DNA of 64,000 nt from Vulcanimicrobiota bacterium (GCA_963714015.1 OY970223.1:19094-83093), one strand, 5' to 3'; shown: positions 49,738 to 58,890, numbered from the stretch's first letter. Program-made: numbers and translations. The notes: generated by a model from the letters alone, not told the origin.

Positions 49738-51258
49738 ATGAACGCCGGCGATGCGCTTCCGAGCCGTGCGCGTCCGTTTAATACTGCGAGTCAATGGAGA
49801 CTCGCTGCGGTGGTATGCGCTCTTGGCGGGTGCCTTGTGTGGCTGTTCTATGCGGCGGTCGCATCGCGCAGCGAGACGCTGTTCTGGTACGATTGGCTGC
49901 GTGTCGGTGGCCAGTTCTGGACGCTCGGGTTCGGCTTGCTACTTGCCTGGCGCCGGCCGGAATCGTATACCGTTCGGTTACTCTCGGCGGCTTTGCTATT
50001 CTATTCGCTCTTCGATGGTATTCTCGTCGTCGGCGAAGCCGTGCCCGGCGCCCGAGCTCACGGCAGCCTTATTGTTACCCTCGGGGAATTCGGTATCGCC
50101 ATCAGCTCATGCCTAGTTATGGCGCAGTTCGCATCGCAGTTTGCGCTGCCCCTCAACGGGCTACGTCGCTGGTCGCTCATACTCGTTTACGCCGCCATCG
50201 TGGGCACCGTGCTGGCCGCCGGGCTCATGCCGTTTGTTGCGGGTAGCAAATGGCTTTACGCTTTTACCGATCTCGGCCACTACGCGGTGCCGCGGTTTGC
50301 CGTACTGCTCTGTGGGATCCTCGCGATTGCAGCATCGCAGAACGAAGAACGCCAGCGTGTGGGATGGCCATTCGCATCGTTCGGAGTGCTCTACGTGGCA
50401 TCGATCGGCGGATTCATCGGCGCGTTGCCCCAGGCCGTTTTCGACGCACTCGTGCGCTTAGCAATCTTCGTCATACCGATCGGCATCACGTATTCCGCGC
50501 TGAGCCGCCGGCTGTATGACGTGGGGTTCATCATCAACCGCGCCGTGGCGTTTTCGACCATTTCCGGCATCGTCATCGGGTCGTTCGTCTTGTTGGAGTG
50601 GGCGCTCGGAAAGTGGTTCGATCAGGCCGGTCGCGAGGCCGGCCTCGCCGCAAATGTTGCGCTTGCGCTCGCGTTCGGCCTCTCGCTACGCTTAATACAC
50701 CGGCGAGTCGATCGTTTCGTGGACACGGTGTTTTTTAAAAAGCGTAATGAGGACGTCTCCGCGCTCAAGCGATTCGCGCAAGAAGCCGCGTTTATTACAG
50801 ATCGTAAGACTCTTCTGCAGAGAACGCACGCGCAGGTGTTGGAACATTCCGAGGCGTCAAGCGTCTCGATAACGATGCTGGACGGGACCGGAGCAACCGA
50901 TCCGAACGACCCGGCGATCCTCGCGATGCGCACATGGCATGACGCCCTCGAACTGCATCGTTACCATACGGCTCTTGGCGGAGAATATGCTTTCCCCGTG
51001 TTTGGGCGTGGCTCGCTGCTCGGTGTGCTCATGTGCGGCGCGAAAAGGAGCGGTGAGGCCTTTGCACCGGATGAAATTGACGCACTTAAGGCGGTCGCGT
51101 ACGGGGTGGGCGTGGCACTTGGCGCTCTCAAAGGCGCGGTCAGCGACCCGATGGAATCGATGCTAGCCGCTTTCGCGTCGCTCCGAAACGACGTCATGAC
51201 TCGCTTGGATGCGCTCGTCGGCCAAGGGCGTACGCTCTCAGACGAACCACCCGAATAA
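49738..51258 (+). CDS. polytopic membrane protein with a C-terminal GAF-like domain (paralog family, copy 1)
   Basis: 506 aa, about 8 TM segments, then LIHRRVDRFVDTVFFKKRNED and a GAF-like end ...SLLGVLMCGAKRSGEAFAPDEIDALKAV. Shares these blocks with 59070..60860 and 61209..62723. Confidence 0.6.
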   Translation: MNAGDALPSRARPFNTASQWRLAAVVCALGGCLVWLFYAAVASRSETLFWYDWLRVGGQFWTLGFGLLLAWRRPESYTVRLLSAALLFYSLFDGILVVGEAVPGARAHGSLIVTLGEFGIAISSCLVMAQFASQFALPLNGLRRWSLILVYAAIVGTVLAAGLMPFVAGSKWLYAFTDLGHYAVPRFAVLLCGILAIAASQNEERQRVGWPFASFGVLYVASIGGFIGALPQAVFDALVRLAIFVIPIGITYSALSRRLYDVGFIINRAVAFSTISGIVIGSFVLLEWALGKWFDQAGREAGLAANVALALAFGLSLRLIHRRVDRFVDTVFFKKRNEDVSALKRFAQEAAFITDRKTLLQRTHAQVLEHSEASSVSITMLDGTGATDPNDPAILAMRTWHDALELHRYHTALGGEYAFPVFGRGSLLGVLMCGAKRSGEAFAPDEIDALKAVAYGVGVALGALKGAVSDPMESMLAAFASLRNDVMTRLDALVGQGRTLSDEPPE

Positions 51259-51390
51259 TGCACTGGCGCTTCGTTGTCCGGCATTTCGAAGCACGGCCTC
51301 TCGAGTGTACGCAGAGCGGACCGCGAAAACTCGCTGGATTCGGGCCATAACGACGTCGTGCCCAACAAATTCGAACGCCGCAATAGGATC

Positions 51391-51975
51391 GTGAAGACAT
51401 CGCTGGCGTTAGCGGGAATCGTTGCCGTATTTTGCGCGTGCGCCAGCGGGGTGCGATCCTGGGAAGCGCGCTCCGATGGCGCGCACGTCGAAGCACGCTG
51501 TTGGAGCATTGCGCGTGGTATGGATCGCAGCTTCCCGTGGGCGTACTTCAACGGTCCCGCATGGATGTACGTGTCCCAACGAACGATTACCGGCCGCTTA
51601 CGGCTTGCGCCGGGCGAGAGGATACTCGGAGCGCAGCGTGAGTCCATGGCTCTGTTCTCACGGTTTTTAAATAGAAGGCCGATTTACAGTCCTTGCACGA
51701 TTCTGCCGGCGCACCAGGTGTGGGTTGTAACCATACGTTTTTCGCGGCCACGTCAATTCATTTCCGCGCGATTCGCGCACGGAATCGCGACCTATGCGTA
51801 CGACGCTATCACGGGGAATTCGATCCTAGGCGTCATCAGGGGAAAATTCATTTCGGGACCGCCGTTTTTCGGCAAAGGCCGCTTGAGGAAGCCGAGTGAA
51901 CCCGCGCCGTTAAGTTTCGGCCGTATTTTCGGTACCGGCATTGCAAGCAATTTTAAAAAAGCGAGCTTGCCGTAG
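51391..51975 (+). CDS. hypothetical lipoprotein
   Basis: GTG at 51391, VKTSLALAGIVAVFCACASG signal/lipobox-like. No family recognised. The ORF track gives 51274..51975. Confidence 0.35.
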   Translation: MKTSLALAGIVAVFCACASGVRSWEARSDGAHVEARCWSIARGMDRSFPWAYFNGPAWMYVSQRTITGRLRLAPGERILGAQRESMALFSRFLNRRPIYSPCTILPAHQVWVVTIRFSRPRQFISARFAHGIATYAYDAITGNSILGVIRGKFISGPPFFGKGRLRKPSEPAPLSFGRIFGTGIASNFKKASLP

Positions 51976-52113
51976 ACGACAAGCCCGCTGACGAATATCC
52001 ACGACGATTTCTCGACGTTCGTGAATCGAGATCTATTACATATTTCCACTCAGTCACGCGTCGTCTCGCCTTCAGGCGAACCTCATCCTAACTGGGGGCG
52101 TTTTGATTTCACG

Positions 52114-53040
52114 CTAATTGTGACTTAAGGCCATCATCGCGGGCGGCTGCTCATCTTCGCGAATCCGATCGAGATCGGAAATAAGGTCCGGTCCCGTTGG
52201 ATCCCATCCGAGCCGTTCTCTGGTCAAGGCGCTCGACGCCGGCAGATCCGCTGCGACAAGAGGCGCGAGCCACCCAAAATGCTCTGCCGCTTCTTTATCG
52301 GTAATGGACTTCGCTGGGACACCGGTACGCCTGCCGATGGCTTCCGCGATGTCACGAAGTTTCACGCCTTCCTCGGCCACGGCGTGATAGCGTGTCCCGG
52401 CGTCTGCATTTTTCTCCAACGCGAGGTCGGTAAAGATGCGCAACGTTTAAAACGTGTGCGGCCGGCCAGCGATTTGCGCCGTCACCTACAAAGGCAGAGA
52501 CGCCTTTCTCTTTTGCCAACCCAATCAGCATCGAGATCAATCCATGTTTGAGCGGATTGTGCACCTGCGGAAGGCGTACGACCGAAACGCGTACGCCGTG
52601 AGCCGCAACGGCGTCGGCTGCCTCTTCGGACGCATTGCGCGGGAATTGCGCACTGGACGCATGCGGATCGACTTCCGTTGCGCTTCGGCCCTGCGTCAAC
52701 GTGCCGATTCCAGAGGTGACTAAAAACGGACGATTCGAGCCCGCAGAGCTCCCGCGCCCATCGCCTCAATAGCGCGCCGATCGATCTCGCAATTTTCTTG
52801 AAACTTCGAAAACTCATGAATGAACGCGAGATGAATGACGCCGTCGGCTTTTGCAGCGCCGCTGCGCAAGCTTTCTACATCTTCAACCGAACCGCGATGC
52901 GCCTCAGCGCCGGCGGCTGCTAGCGCATCGACCGACGAATCAGAGCGCGCAAGTCCGATTACCTGGTGACCCGCGGCGATAAGTTCCGACGTGACCGGCA
53001 CGCCGATGAATCCGGACGCTCCGGTAATAAAAACACGCAT
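52114..53040 (-). pseudogene. NAD-dependent epimerase/SDR (NmrA-like) gene broken into three frames
   Basis: Fragments: 52720..53040 ([34 protein letters not shown]...), 52352..52699 (...VRVSVVRLPQVHNPLKHGLISMLIGLAKEKGVSAFVGDGANRWPAAHV...) and 52114..52443 (...LALEKNADAGTRYHAVAEEGVKLRDIAEAIGRR...). Junctions are near 52744 and 52425. Confidence 0.75.
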
Positions 53041-53059
53041 TGAAGATGCCTCCTGGTGG

Positions 53060-53117
53060 GGTGATGTCAGTTTCTGTCATCACCATGATACACCTGATGT
53101 CAACCACTGTCATGACC
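53060..53117. promoter_or_regulatory. two related inverted repeats (TetR operator candidates) plus a TATACT -10 element just downstream at 53121-53126
   Basis: GGTGATGTCAG-ttt-CTGTCATCACC (53060-53084, one mismatch) and CCTGATGTCA-acca-CTGTCATGACC (53093-53117). TATACT lies at 53121-53126, directly before the TetR start. Confidence 0.55.
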
Positions 53118-53127
53118 TGCTATACTC

Positions 53128-53700
53128 GTGACTATGGGGAGATGGGAGCCGAATGCGCAAGGGCGCCTGATTGAGGCGGCGCTAGCACTCTATAGGGAGC
53201 GCGGGTTCGAGCAGACGACCGTTGCGGAAATCGCGAACCGGGCCGGACTCACCGAGCGCACATTTTTCCGGTACTTTGCGGACAAGCGGGAGGTGCTCTT
53301 TTTTGGATCGGAGACGCTTCAAAGCGCTTTGATCGAAAGCCTCGAGCGAGCGCCTGCGGAGCTGCCGCCGATTGATGCCGTCGGCGTGGCGCTGCAAAGC
53401 ATTTCGACGTTTTTTGCAGATCGCCGCCCGCATTCATTGCGGCGCCAAGCGGTGATCGATGCAAATCCGGAGCTTCAAGAACGTGAGCGCAAAAAGCTCG
53501 CGTCGCTTGCTGTTGCGTTTGCAACCGCATTGCAGCAACGGGGCGCAAAAGCGTCAACCGCTACACTCGTTGCAGAAATGGGTGTCGCCGTTTTCAAGAT
53601 TGCATTCGAGCGTTGGCTCAGCGATCCGGAAGAGCGCAACATCGCATACCATGTCGGCGAGTCGCTCGACGAACTGAAATCCGCAACCGCTGGACGCTAA
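53128..53700 (+). CDS. TetR family transcriptional regulator
   Basis: LIEAALALYRERGFEQTTVAEIANRAGLTERTFFRYF. The start is GTG 53128 or ATG 53134 (possibly leaderless). Confidence 0.85.
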   Translation: MTMGRWEPNAQGRLIEAALALYRERGFEQTTVAEIANRAGLTERTFFRYFADKREVLFFGSETLQSALIESLERAPAELPPIDAVGVALQSISTFFADRRPHSLRRQAVIDANPELQERERKKLASLAVAFATALQQRGAKASTATLVAEMGVAVFKIAFERWLSDPEERNIAYHVGESLDELKSATAGR

Positions 53701-53747
53701 GGTCGCTTTTCAAAGCCTTTCACTGTGTTCCTAAACTAAATCAAGCG

Positions 53748-54905
53748 TTATAAGACCTGGTAGAAGGCGAGCATCCCCGCGGCCATGTGGTCGGAATAGT
53801 GGCAATGGAAGAGCCAAATGCCGGGATTGTCGGGAACCATGTCGGCTTCGAGCATCTGCGCCGCGCCGATGTTGAGCACGTCAGTGCGGTGTCCTTGGAA
53901 GAGCACGGTATTCCCGTGCCAGTGCGGCGTGTGGAGGTTGAAACCATTGCCGAGGCTGATCACGTACCATCTAACGTGCTCCCCGCGGCGCATCACCATC
54001 TTCGGACCCTCGCCATAGAGATAGCCGTTGATCGTGAATTTGAGGTTTCCGTCGGCGAAGCCGTGGCCCGTCAACGACACGCCGCCGCCGTCTTCGTCGA
54101 AGGCCAACGTTTGGAGTTTGTCTTTCGATGTAAGATTCGGCGTGAATGTTCGCATGTTGCGATCGAGATACCAGCTCTGGTTCTCGTTGAACATCTCGAA
54201 ATCCGCAATGAACTCGCGGTCGACGTCTTTGGGAGTGCCGTCCGGACGCGCCATCCCCCGCCGGGAAATAATCATCGCGCCGACGAGGCCGGCATCGACG
54301 TCGCGCTGATCCTCCGTATGCGAGTGATAGAACCACACGACGGAACTCCCGTCTTCGGGCCCCGGACCGGCGCGTTCGGGCACTTGCCACGTGTAGGTGT
54401 AGATATGTCCTGGCGGAACCGCGCCGCCGATTTTGCTGGCGCCGCTCGAACCGTCGTCGTAGGCGCTGCCTTCATTCGCCTTCGTGTAAAAAACGCCGTG
54501 CGGATGAACGCTGTACGGATGCGACCCGTTGTTTTTGAATACGACCTTGATGGTGTCGCCGACTTCGGCGTGGATGATCGGCCCAAGGATGCCGAGGTAC
54601 TGCTGATTAGCTGGGCGCGGTTTGAGGTGCTTGAACGTGCCGTCGGTGTACTCGCGATAAACGGCTTTCCAGTACTTGGCGCCGATTTCGTTGCGACTAC
54701 GCACCGTATACGCGTCGCCGATCTTCGTATAGGGCATGTTCATCATGGCGTCTTTGCCGAGGGGCGCGTAATTCCAGACGACTTCGTCGGCAGCGATGTA
54801 GTACGTCCGGACGTGGCCGCTTTGCGGCTTGGGTGCTGCGGCGAGCACGGCCGCTATGATAACGGCCAGGACCAAAAAGGGAAGAAAGAGGCTAATATAA
54901 CGCAT
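53748..54905 (-). CDS. two-cupredoxin-domain multicopper oxidase, ceruloplasmin/factor-V/VIII A-domain-like
   Basis: Start MRYISLFLPFLVLAVIIAAV. YYIAADEVVWNYAP, LGILGPIIHAEVGDTIKVVFKN, HPHGV, FYHSH, FNENQSWYLD, HTPHWHG and HCHYSDHMAAGM copper-ligand motifs. Confidence 0.75.
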   Translation of the reverse strand: MRYISLFLPFLVLAVIIAAVLAAAPKPQSGHVRTYYIAADEVVWNYAPLGKDAMMNMPYTKIGDAYTVRSRNEIGAKYWKAVYREYTDGTFKHLKPRPANQQYLGILGPIIHAEVGDTIKVVFKNNGSHPYSVHPHGVFYTKANEGSAYDDGSSGASKIGGAVPPGHIYTYTWQVPERAGPGPEDGSSVVWFYHSHTEDQRDVDAGLVGAMIISRRGMARPDGTPKDVDREFIADFEMFNENQSWYLDRNMRTFTPNLTSKDKLQTLAFDEDGGGVSLTGHGFADGNLKFTINGYLYGEGPKMVMRRGEHVRWYVISLGNGFNLHTPHWHGNTVLFQGHRTDVLNIGAAQMLEADMVPDNPGIWLFHCHYSDHMAAGMLAFYQVL

Positions 54906-55284
54906 TTCGCACCTTTCACAGCGCGGCGGCGCCATGCTGTGGTTGGATTTAGCGTGTGCGGACGATAACCTCTGACAATAAACTCACGAAGCGCGGAAGC
55001 ATAACGCTACCCGCAGCGACGTCGTCGCTGAGAGCGACCGTTGCCGTTTTCGCGGAGAAACAGCAGCCCAAAGCGCGATTCGGATTTTGCCGGCGTATAG
55101 CGATGCTTGGCGGTTTTAAGCAGAGATGAGTCGCGAGTTTTGCGGCAAGGCGGCGCCCGGCGTACCGGCGGCCAGGGCCGGGTACCTTAGTAGCACGAGG
55201 TAACTGCTATGAGATTCTTTCGTATTGTCGGATTAGTGCGAGCGCAGAGCGACGGTTCAAATGCCGACGTCGAGAAGATGCAGC

Positions 55285-56086
55285 ATGAACACTGGAACGC
55301 AAAATTCACGCCCAATCGCCGGTGTCACCGGTGCTTCCAGCGGCATCGGACGCGCGCTTGCGGAGCAGTTCGCGAAAAACGGGTTCGATCTAGTCATCGC
55401 AGCAGAAGACGAAAACATCGACGCAGCAGCGGACGAGCTTCGGGCGCTGGGATGCAGCGTCTATCCGGTTCGGGCAGATCTTACGGAAGAAGCGGGCGTG
55501 GAAGAGTTTGCGGCCGCGCTGCGGCAGTACGGTCCGCCATATGCCGTGGCAATCAATGCGGGCATCGGCAGCAGCGGCCGATTCGCCGAGACGGAGCTGG
55601 AGCAAGAGTTACGTTTGGTGGATCTGAACTGCCGCTCCGTCGTGCATTTGGCAAAGCGCGTGGTGCAGATGATGAATGGCAGGGAAGGCCGCATCCTCGT
55701 GACCAGTTCCATAGCCTCACTCGCGCCGGGCCCCTACGAGGCCGTCTATTCCGCCTCCAAGGCCTTTGATTATTCATTTGCGCTTGCATTACGTCACGAG
55801 CTTCAAGAAACCGAAATCAGCGTAACGGCCCTCATGCCCGGTCCTACCGAAACAAATTTTTTCACGCGCGCGCACGCGGAGGATACAAAACTCGGGCAAG
55901 AGCCGAAAGACGATCCGCAGCTCGGTTGCCAAACAAGGCTATGAAGCCCTGATGTCGGGCAAGGACCACGTCATCGCCGGATCGATGAAGACGAAGATCC
56001 AGGGCGCGATTATGGGCGCGCTTCCCGACAAGGCGAGCGCCGCCATGCACGCGCAAGAATCGAAACCGGGATCGGCAAAAAAATGA
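55285..56086 (+). CDS. short-chain dehydrogenase/reductase, 3' end shifted by a 1-nt insertion near 55924
   Basis: GVTGASSGIGRA, YSASK. As written it stops at 55944. Removing one g gives ...KDDPQLVAKQGYEALMSGKDHVIAGSMKTKIQGAIMGALPDKASAAMHAQESKPGSAKK* (stop at 56084-56086). Confidence 0.75.
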
Positions 56087-56960
56087 TGGAACGAAAAACA
56101 TTCGTGGGCGTGGCCAGCGCTGCCTTAACGGCAGTCTTCAGTCTGGGACGGGCAGATGCCGCAAGTCCGGTCAGCGAGAAAGTCAAACGCAATCCGCAAA
56201 CGGAGTATCCGAAACCGCCATATCCGGAGCAGTCGTAGCCATGGCCCGGTCTTGCGAGCCGCATGACGCCTCGCCCCGATCACGGCGAACTCTCGTATCG
56301 CGGCAGCGGCAGGCTAACGGGCCGCAAAGCACTTATCACCGGCGGTGATTCCGGCATGGGCTCGCGCTGCGGCAGCCTGACGCGGCGGAAGTTCTGCAGT
56401 ATGTCCGCTCCGCCGGACGCAGAGCCTTTGCACTGCCCGGCGATATTCGAAGCGAGTCGTTCTGCACGAACCTTGTGGATCGCGCCGCATAGCAGCTGGG
56501 CGGACTACACATCGTCGTCAATTGCGCTGCGCGCCAGCAATCGCGCCAATCCATTGCCGATCTTACGACGGACGAGTTCGACTGGACGATGAAGACGAAT
56601 CTGTATGCGATGTTCTGGCTAACCAAAGCGGCGCTCGAGCACATGGGTCCGGGTTCCGCGATCATCAATACTGCGTCGATTCAGGCCTACGATCCGTCGC
56701 CGAACCTGTTTCATTATTCAATGACCAAGGCCGCTATTGCGAATTTCACCAAAGCGATGGCCAAACAACTCGCATTAGCCGGGCGCGGAATTAGGATCAA
56801 TGCGGTTGCTCCCGGCCCGATATGGACGCCGCTTCAAGTCAGTGGAGGACACCCTACCAACCTTTATCAAGGCGGGAAATTCTCCAAACCACGGACTCGC
56901 AAAGCGAGCGCGACGCCGCGGACCCCTCGGTGTCTATACACGCAATTTCGCCCTGATTAG
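56086..56960 (+). pseudogene. decayed YghA/YdaD-type SDR (general-stress-protein-39-like)
   Basis: MERKTFVGVASAAL...YPKPPYPEQS[TAG 56236-56238][41 protein letters not shown]. About 20 codons are then missing near 56375 with a frame change. A second in-frame TAG lies at 56490-56492 ([15 protein letters not shown]). The C-terminus after GGHPTN is scrambled. Confidence 0.8.
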
Positions 56961-57002
56961 TACTTTTTAGGCAGCTCGAATGAGACCGCATTAGAACGCT
57001 GC

Positions 57003-57031
57003 TTGACAAGGCATACCATGCCATGTATACT
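57003..57031 (+). promoter_or_regulatory. near-consensus sigma70 promoter of the PadR operon
   Basis: TTGACA (57003-57008), 17-nt spacer, TATACT (57026-57031). The ATG at 57048 would leave only about a 10-nt leader. Confidence 0.55.
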
Positions 57032-57047
57032 GTGCCACACACACTAT

Positions 57048-57410
57048 ATGGTAACCACTACGGCCGTTTCTGCACCAGGGGAATCCGAACGCTTTGAGGC
57101 GCTGCGTCAAGAGCTGCGGCGGGGCTGCCTGGCGCTGGCCGTCCTGGCACAACTGCGCCGAGAGCATTACGGCTACACGTTGCGCAAGGCGCTCGACGAT
57201 CTCGGTCTGGAGATCGACGAAGGCACCCTGTACCCGCTGCTGCGCCGACTCGAATCTCAGGGCCTACTCGAGAGCGAGTGGCGGGAGACCGACAAGCGCC
57301 GCAAGCGGTTCTACAAAATTTCATTGAGCGGTGAACGCGTGCTCACCATGCTCGAAGACGAATTCGCTCGCCTCAATGCGGCGCTTGCACGCATCATTCA
57401 GGAGGCTTGA
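57048..57410 (+). CDS. PadR family transcriptional regulator
   Basis: LALAVLAQLRREHYGYTLRKALDDLGLEIDEGTLYPLLRRLESQGLLESEWRETDKRRKRFYKISLSG. Confidence 0.85.
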   Translation: MVTTTAVSAPGESERFEALRQELRRGCLALAVLAQLRREHYGYTLRKALDDLGLEIDEGTLYPLLRRLESQGLLESEWRETDKRRKRFYKISLSGERVLTMLEDEFARLNAALARIIQEA

Positions 57411-58342
57411 GTACCGTGACCACGCTTGACCGTTATCTCGCCGCCGTGCAGCAGCATCTTCCCGAATCGCTCGACGATCGGCAGGGTATCGTGGACGAGC
57501 TCGCCGACGCCATTCATTCCGATCTAGAGGATCGACAAGCGCTACTCGGACGGACGCTTACCGATGACGAGGTCTCGCATTTCATCAAAGGCTTCGGCCA
57601 TCCGCGATCGGTTGCGGCGCGTTATGCAAAGCAGCATGGGCTGGTCGATCGTGAAATCTTCCCTTTTTATGTCGACGTCTTGACGAAAATTCTCTCGTTT
57701 GCCATTCCAGCCGAACTTCTGATTTTCACGGCAATCGCCGTTGCTACGCGTGACATGGCGTGGTTCTGGCAAGGCTTCTCAACGGCGTGGCAATCGCTGC
57801 TTCTAATCTCGGCGATCGTAACGATCCTCTTCGCGGTCTTCGAGCGCCTTCCTCAATACGAGCACCGGCTCGGCATGCTGGGCTGCGATTGGGACCCGCA
57901 GCGTCTTCCCGCATCCTATTCAGCACATCCGTCCAACGCGCGGGCAGGCGGGTTTGCCGCATTCTTCTTCAACGCAATCGCACTGCTGCTGCTGCTTCAG
58001 ATTCCGTCGTTCGGAGTCTCCTGGCTCGCGTTCGTAATGACGCCATCATGGCATCCCCTGTACGTTTTCGCGATCATCGCGACGGGCGCGACGGCGCTTA
58101 CCGGTTTGCTGATCCTTGCGCTGCCGAGGGTCGCCCCTGTACGAGATTGGGCGGCCATTGCAGTCAACGCCCTCCTTATCGTCGGATGCGCTATCGCGCT
58201 GCACGGCGTATGGACGACAAGCAGCATCGCGGTCGTCGTCACGCTGGTTGCCGCAATCGCAATACTCGCGTTCTACGGTGCGGCGAGTTTTCGGAGCGTC
58301 GCCACGCCGGCGTGGAACCAAAGGCGCCAACCAGACCTCTAG
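57407..58342 (+). CDS. PadR-associated membrane protein (DUF1700/HAAS-like N-terminus plus TM domain)
   Basis: The start overlaps the PadR stop. LDRYLAAVQQHLPESLDDRQGIVDELADAIHSDLEDR...GHPRSVAARYA is followed by about 6 TM segments. Confidence 0.65.
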   Translation: MSTVTTLDRYLAAVQQHLPESLDDRQGIVDELADAIHSDLEDRQALLGRTLTDDEVSHFIKGFGHPRSVAARYAKQHGLVDREIFPFYVDVLTKILSFAIPAELLIFTAIAVATRDMAWFWQGFSTAWQSLLLISAIVTILFAVFERLPQYEHRLGMLGCDWDPQRLPASYSAHPSNARAGGFAAFFFNAIALLLLLQIPSFGVSWLAFVMTPSWHPLYVFAIIATGATALTGLLILALPRVAPVRDWAAIAVNALLIVGCAIALHGVWTTSSIAVVVTLVAAIAILAFYGAASFRSVATPAWNQRRQPDL

Positions 58343-58401
58343 AAACAGCGGCAAGGGAGCGTCGACGAGTTAAGCTGCGCCTTTGCGAACGCGTCGTCCG
58401 G

Positions 58402-58890
58402 CTACTTAAGTGCGTCGCGCAACGCGCGTCTCAGATCACCCATGCCTGGATAAACGAAGTTATCGATCTTCAACCCTGAGGAAGTATGAACCACTATAAC
58501 CCGCACCATGGTGCTGCCGTTACCGCCCGAAAGCCGCACGCGCACCTGAACCGCGCTCGTTCCACGATTGGAAGAGCTGCCGATCGCGTAAGAAGCCGGC
58601 TCGGCCTGCGCTCCGCTGAAAGGATCGAAATCGAGCATTTGCGCCTGTTCTTGACGTTCTTTGCTGACGAGTTTCTCGAGCGAAGCATAGAGCGACGGCG
58701 TTAAGTAAGCGCGTGCGCCGGAAATGTTTGTCCAATCTCCATGCGTGGCTAAATACCACGTGTAAAAGGCATTGACGACGCGAACCGCTCCGGAAGTTTG
58801 GGCGTACGCGATGCGGCCTCCAAAAACGGCAATCGCGATCAACACGAAAGCGGTGAAGAGCGGGTGAATTCGAACGCGCATTTGCTTCAA
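58402..58890 (-). CDS. secreted DUF3828-like protein
   Basis: Signal peptide, then VVNAFYTWYLATHGDW...LDFDPFSGAQ. Confidence 0.5.
   Translation of the reverse strand: MKQMRVRIHPLFTAFVLIAIAVFGGRIAYAQTSGAVRVVNAFYTWYLATHGDWTNISGARAYLTPSLYASLEKLVSKERQEQAQMLDFDPFSGAQAEPASYAIGSSSNRGTSAVQVRVRLSGGNGSTMVRVIVVHTSSGLKIDNFVYPGMGDLRRALRDALK

Noticed and set aside
56236-56492. Two in-frame TAG codons aligning with sense positions, considered as possible stop-codon reassignment or pyrrolysine.
   Set aside because: TAG terminates other genes here (28045-28047 and 58340-58342). The same gene also carries a multi-codon deletion and frame changes. Pseudogenisation explains everything.
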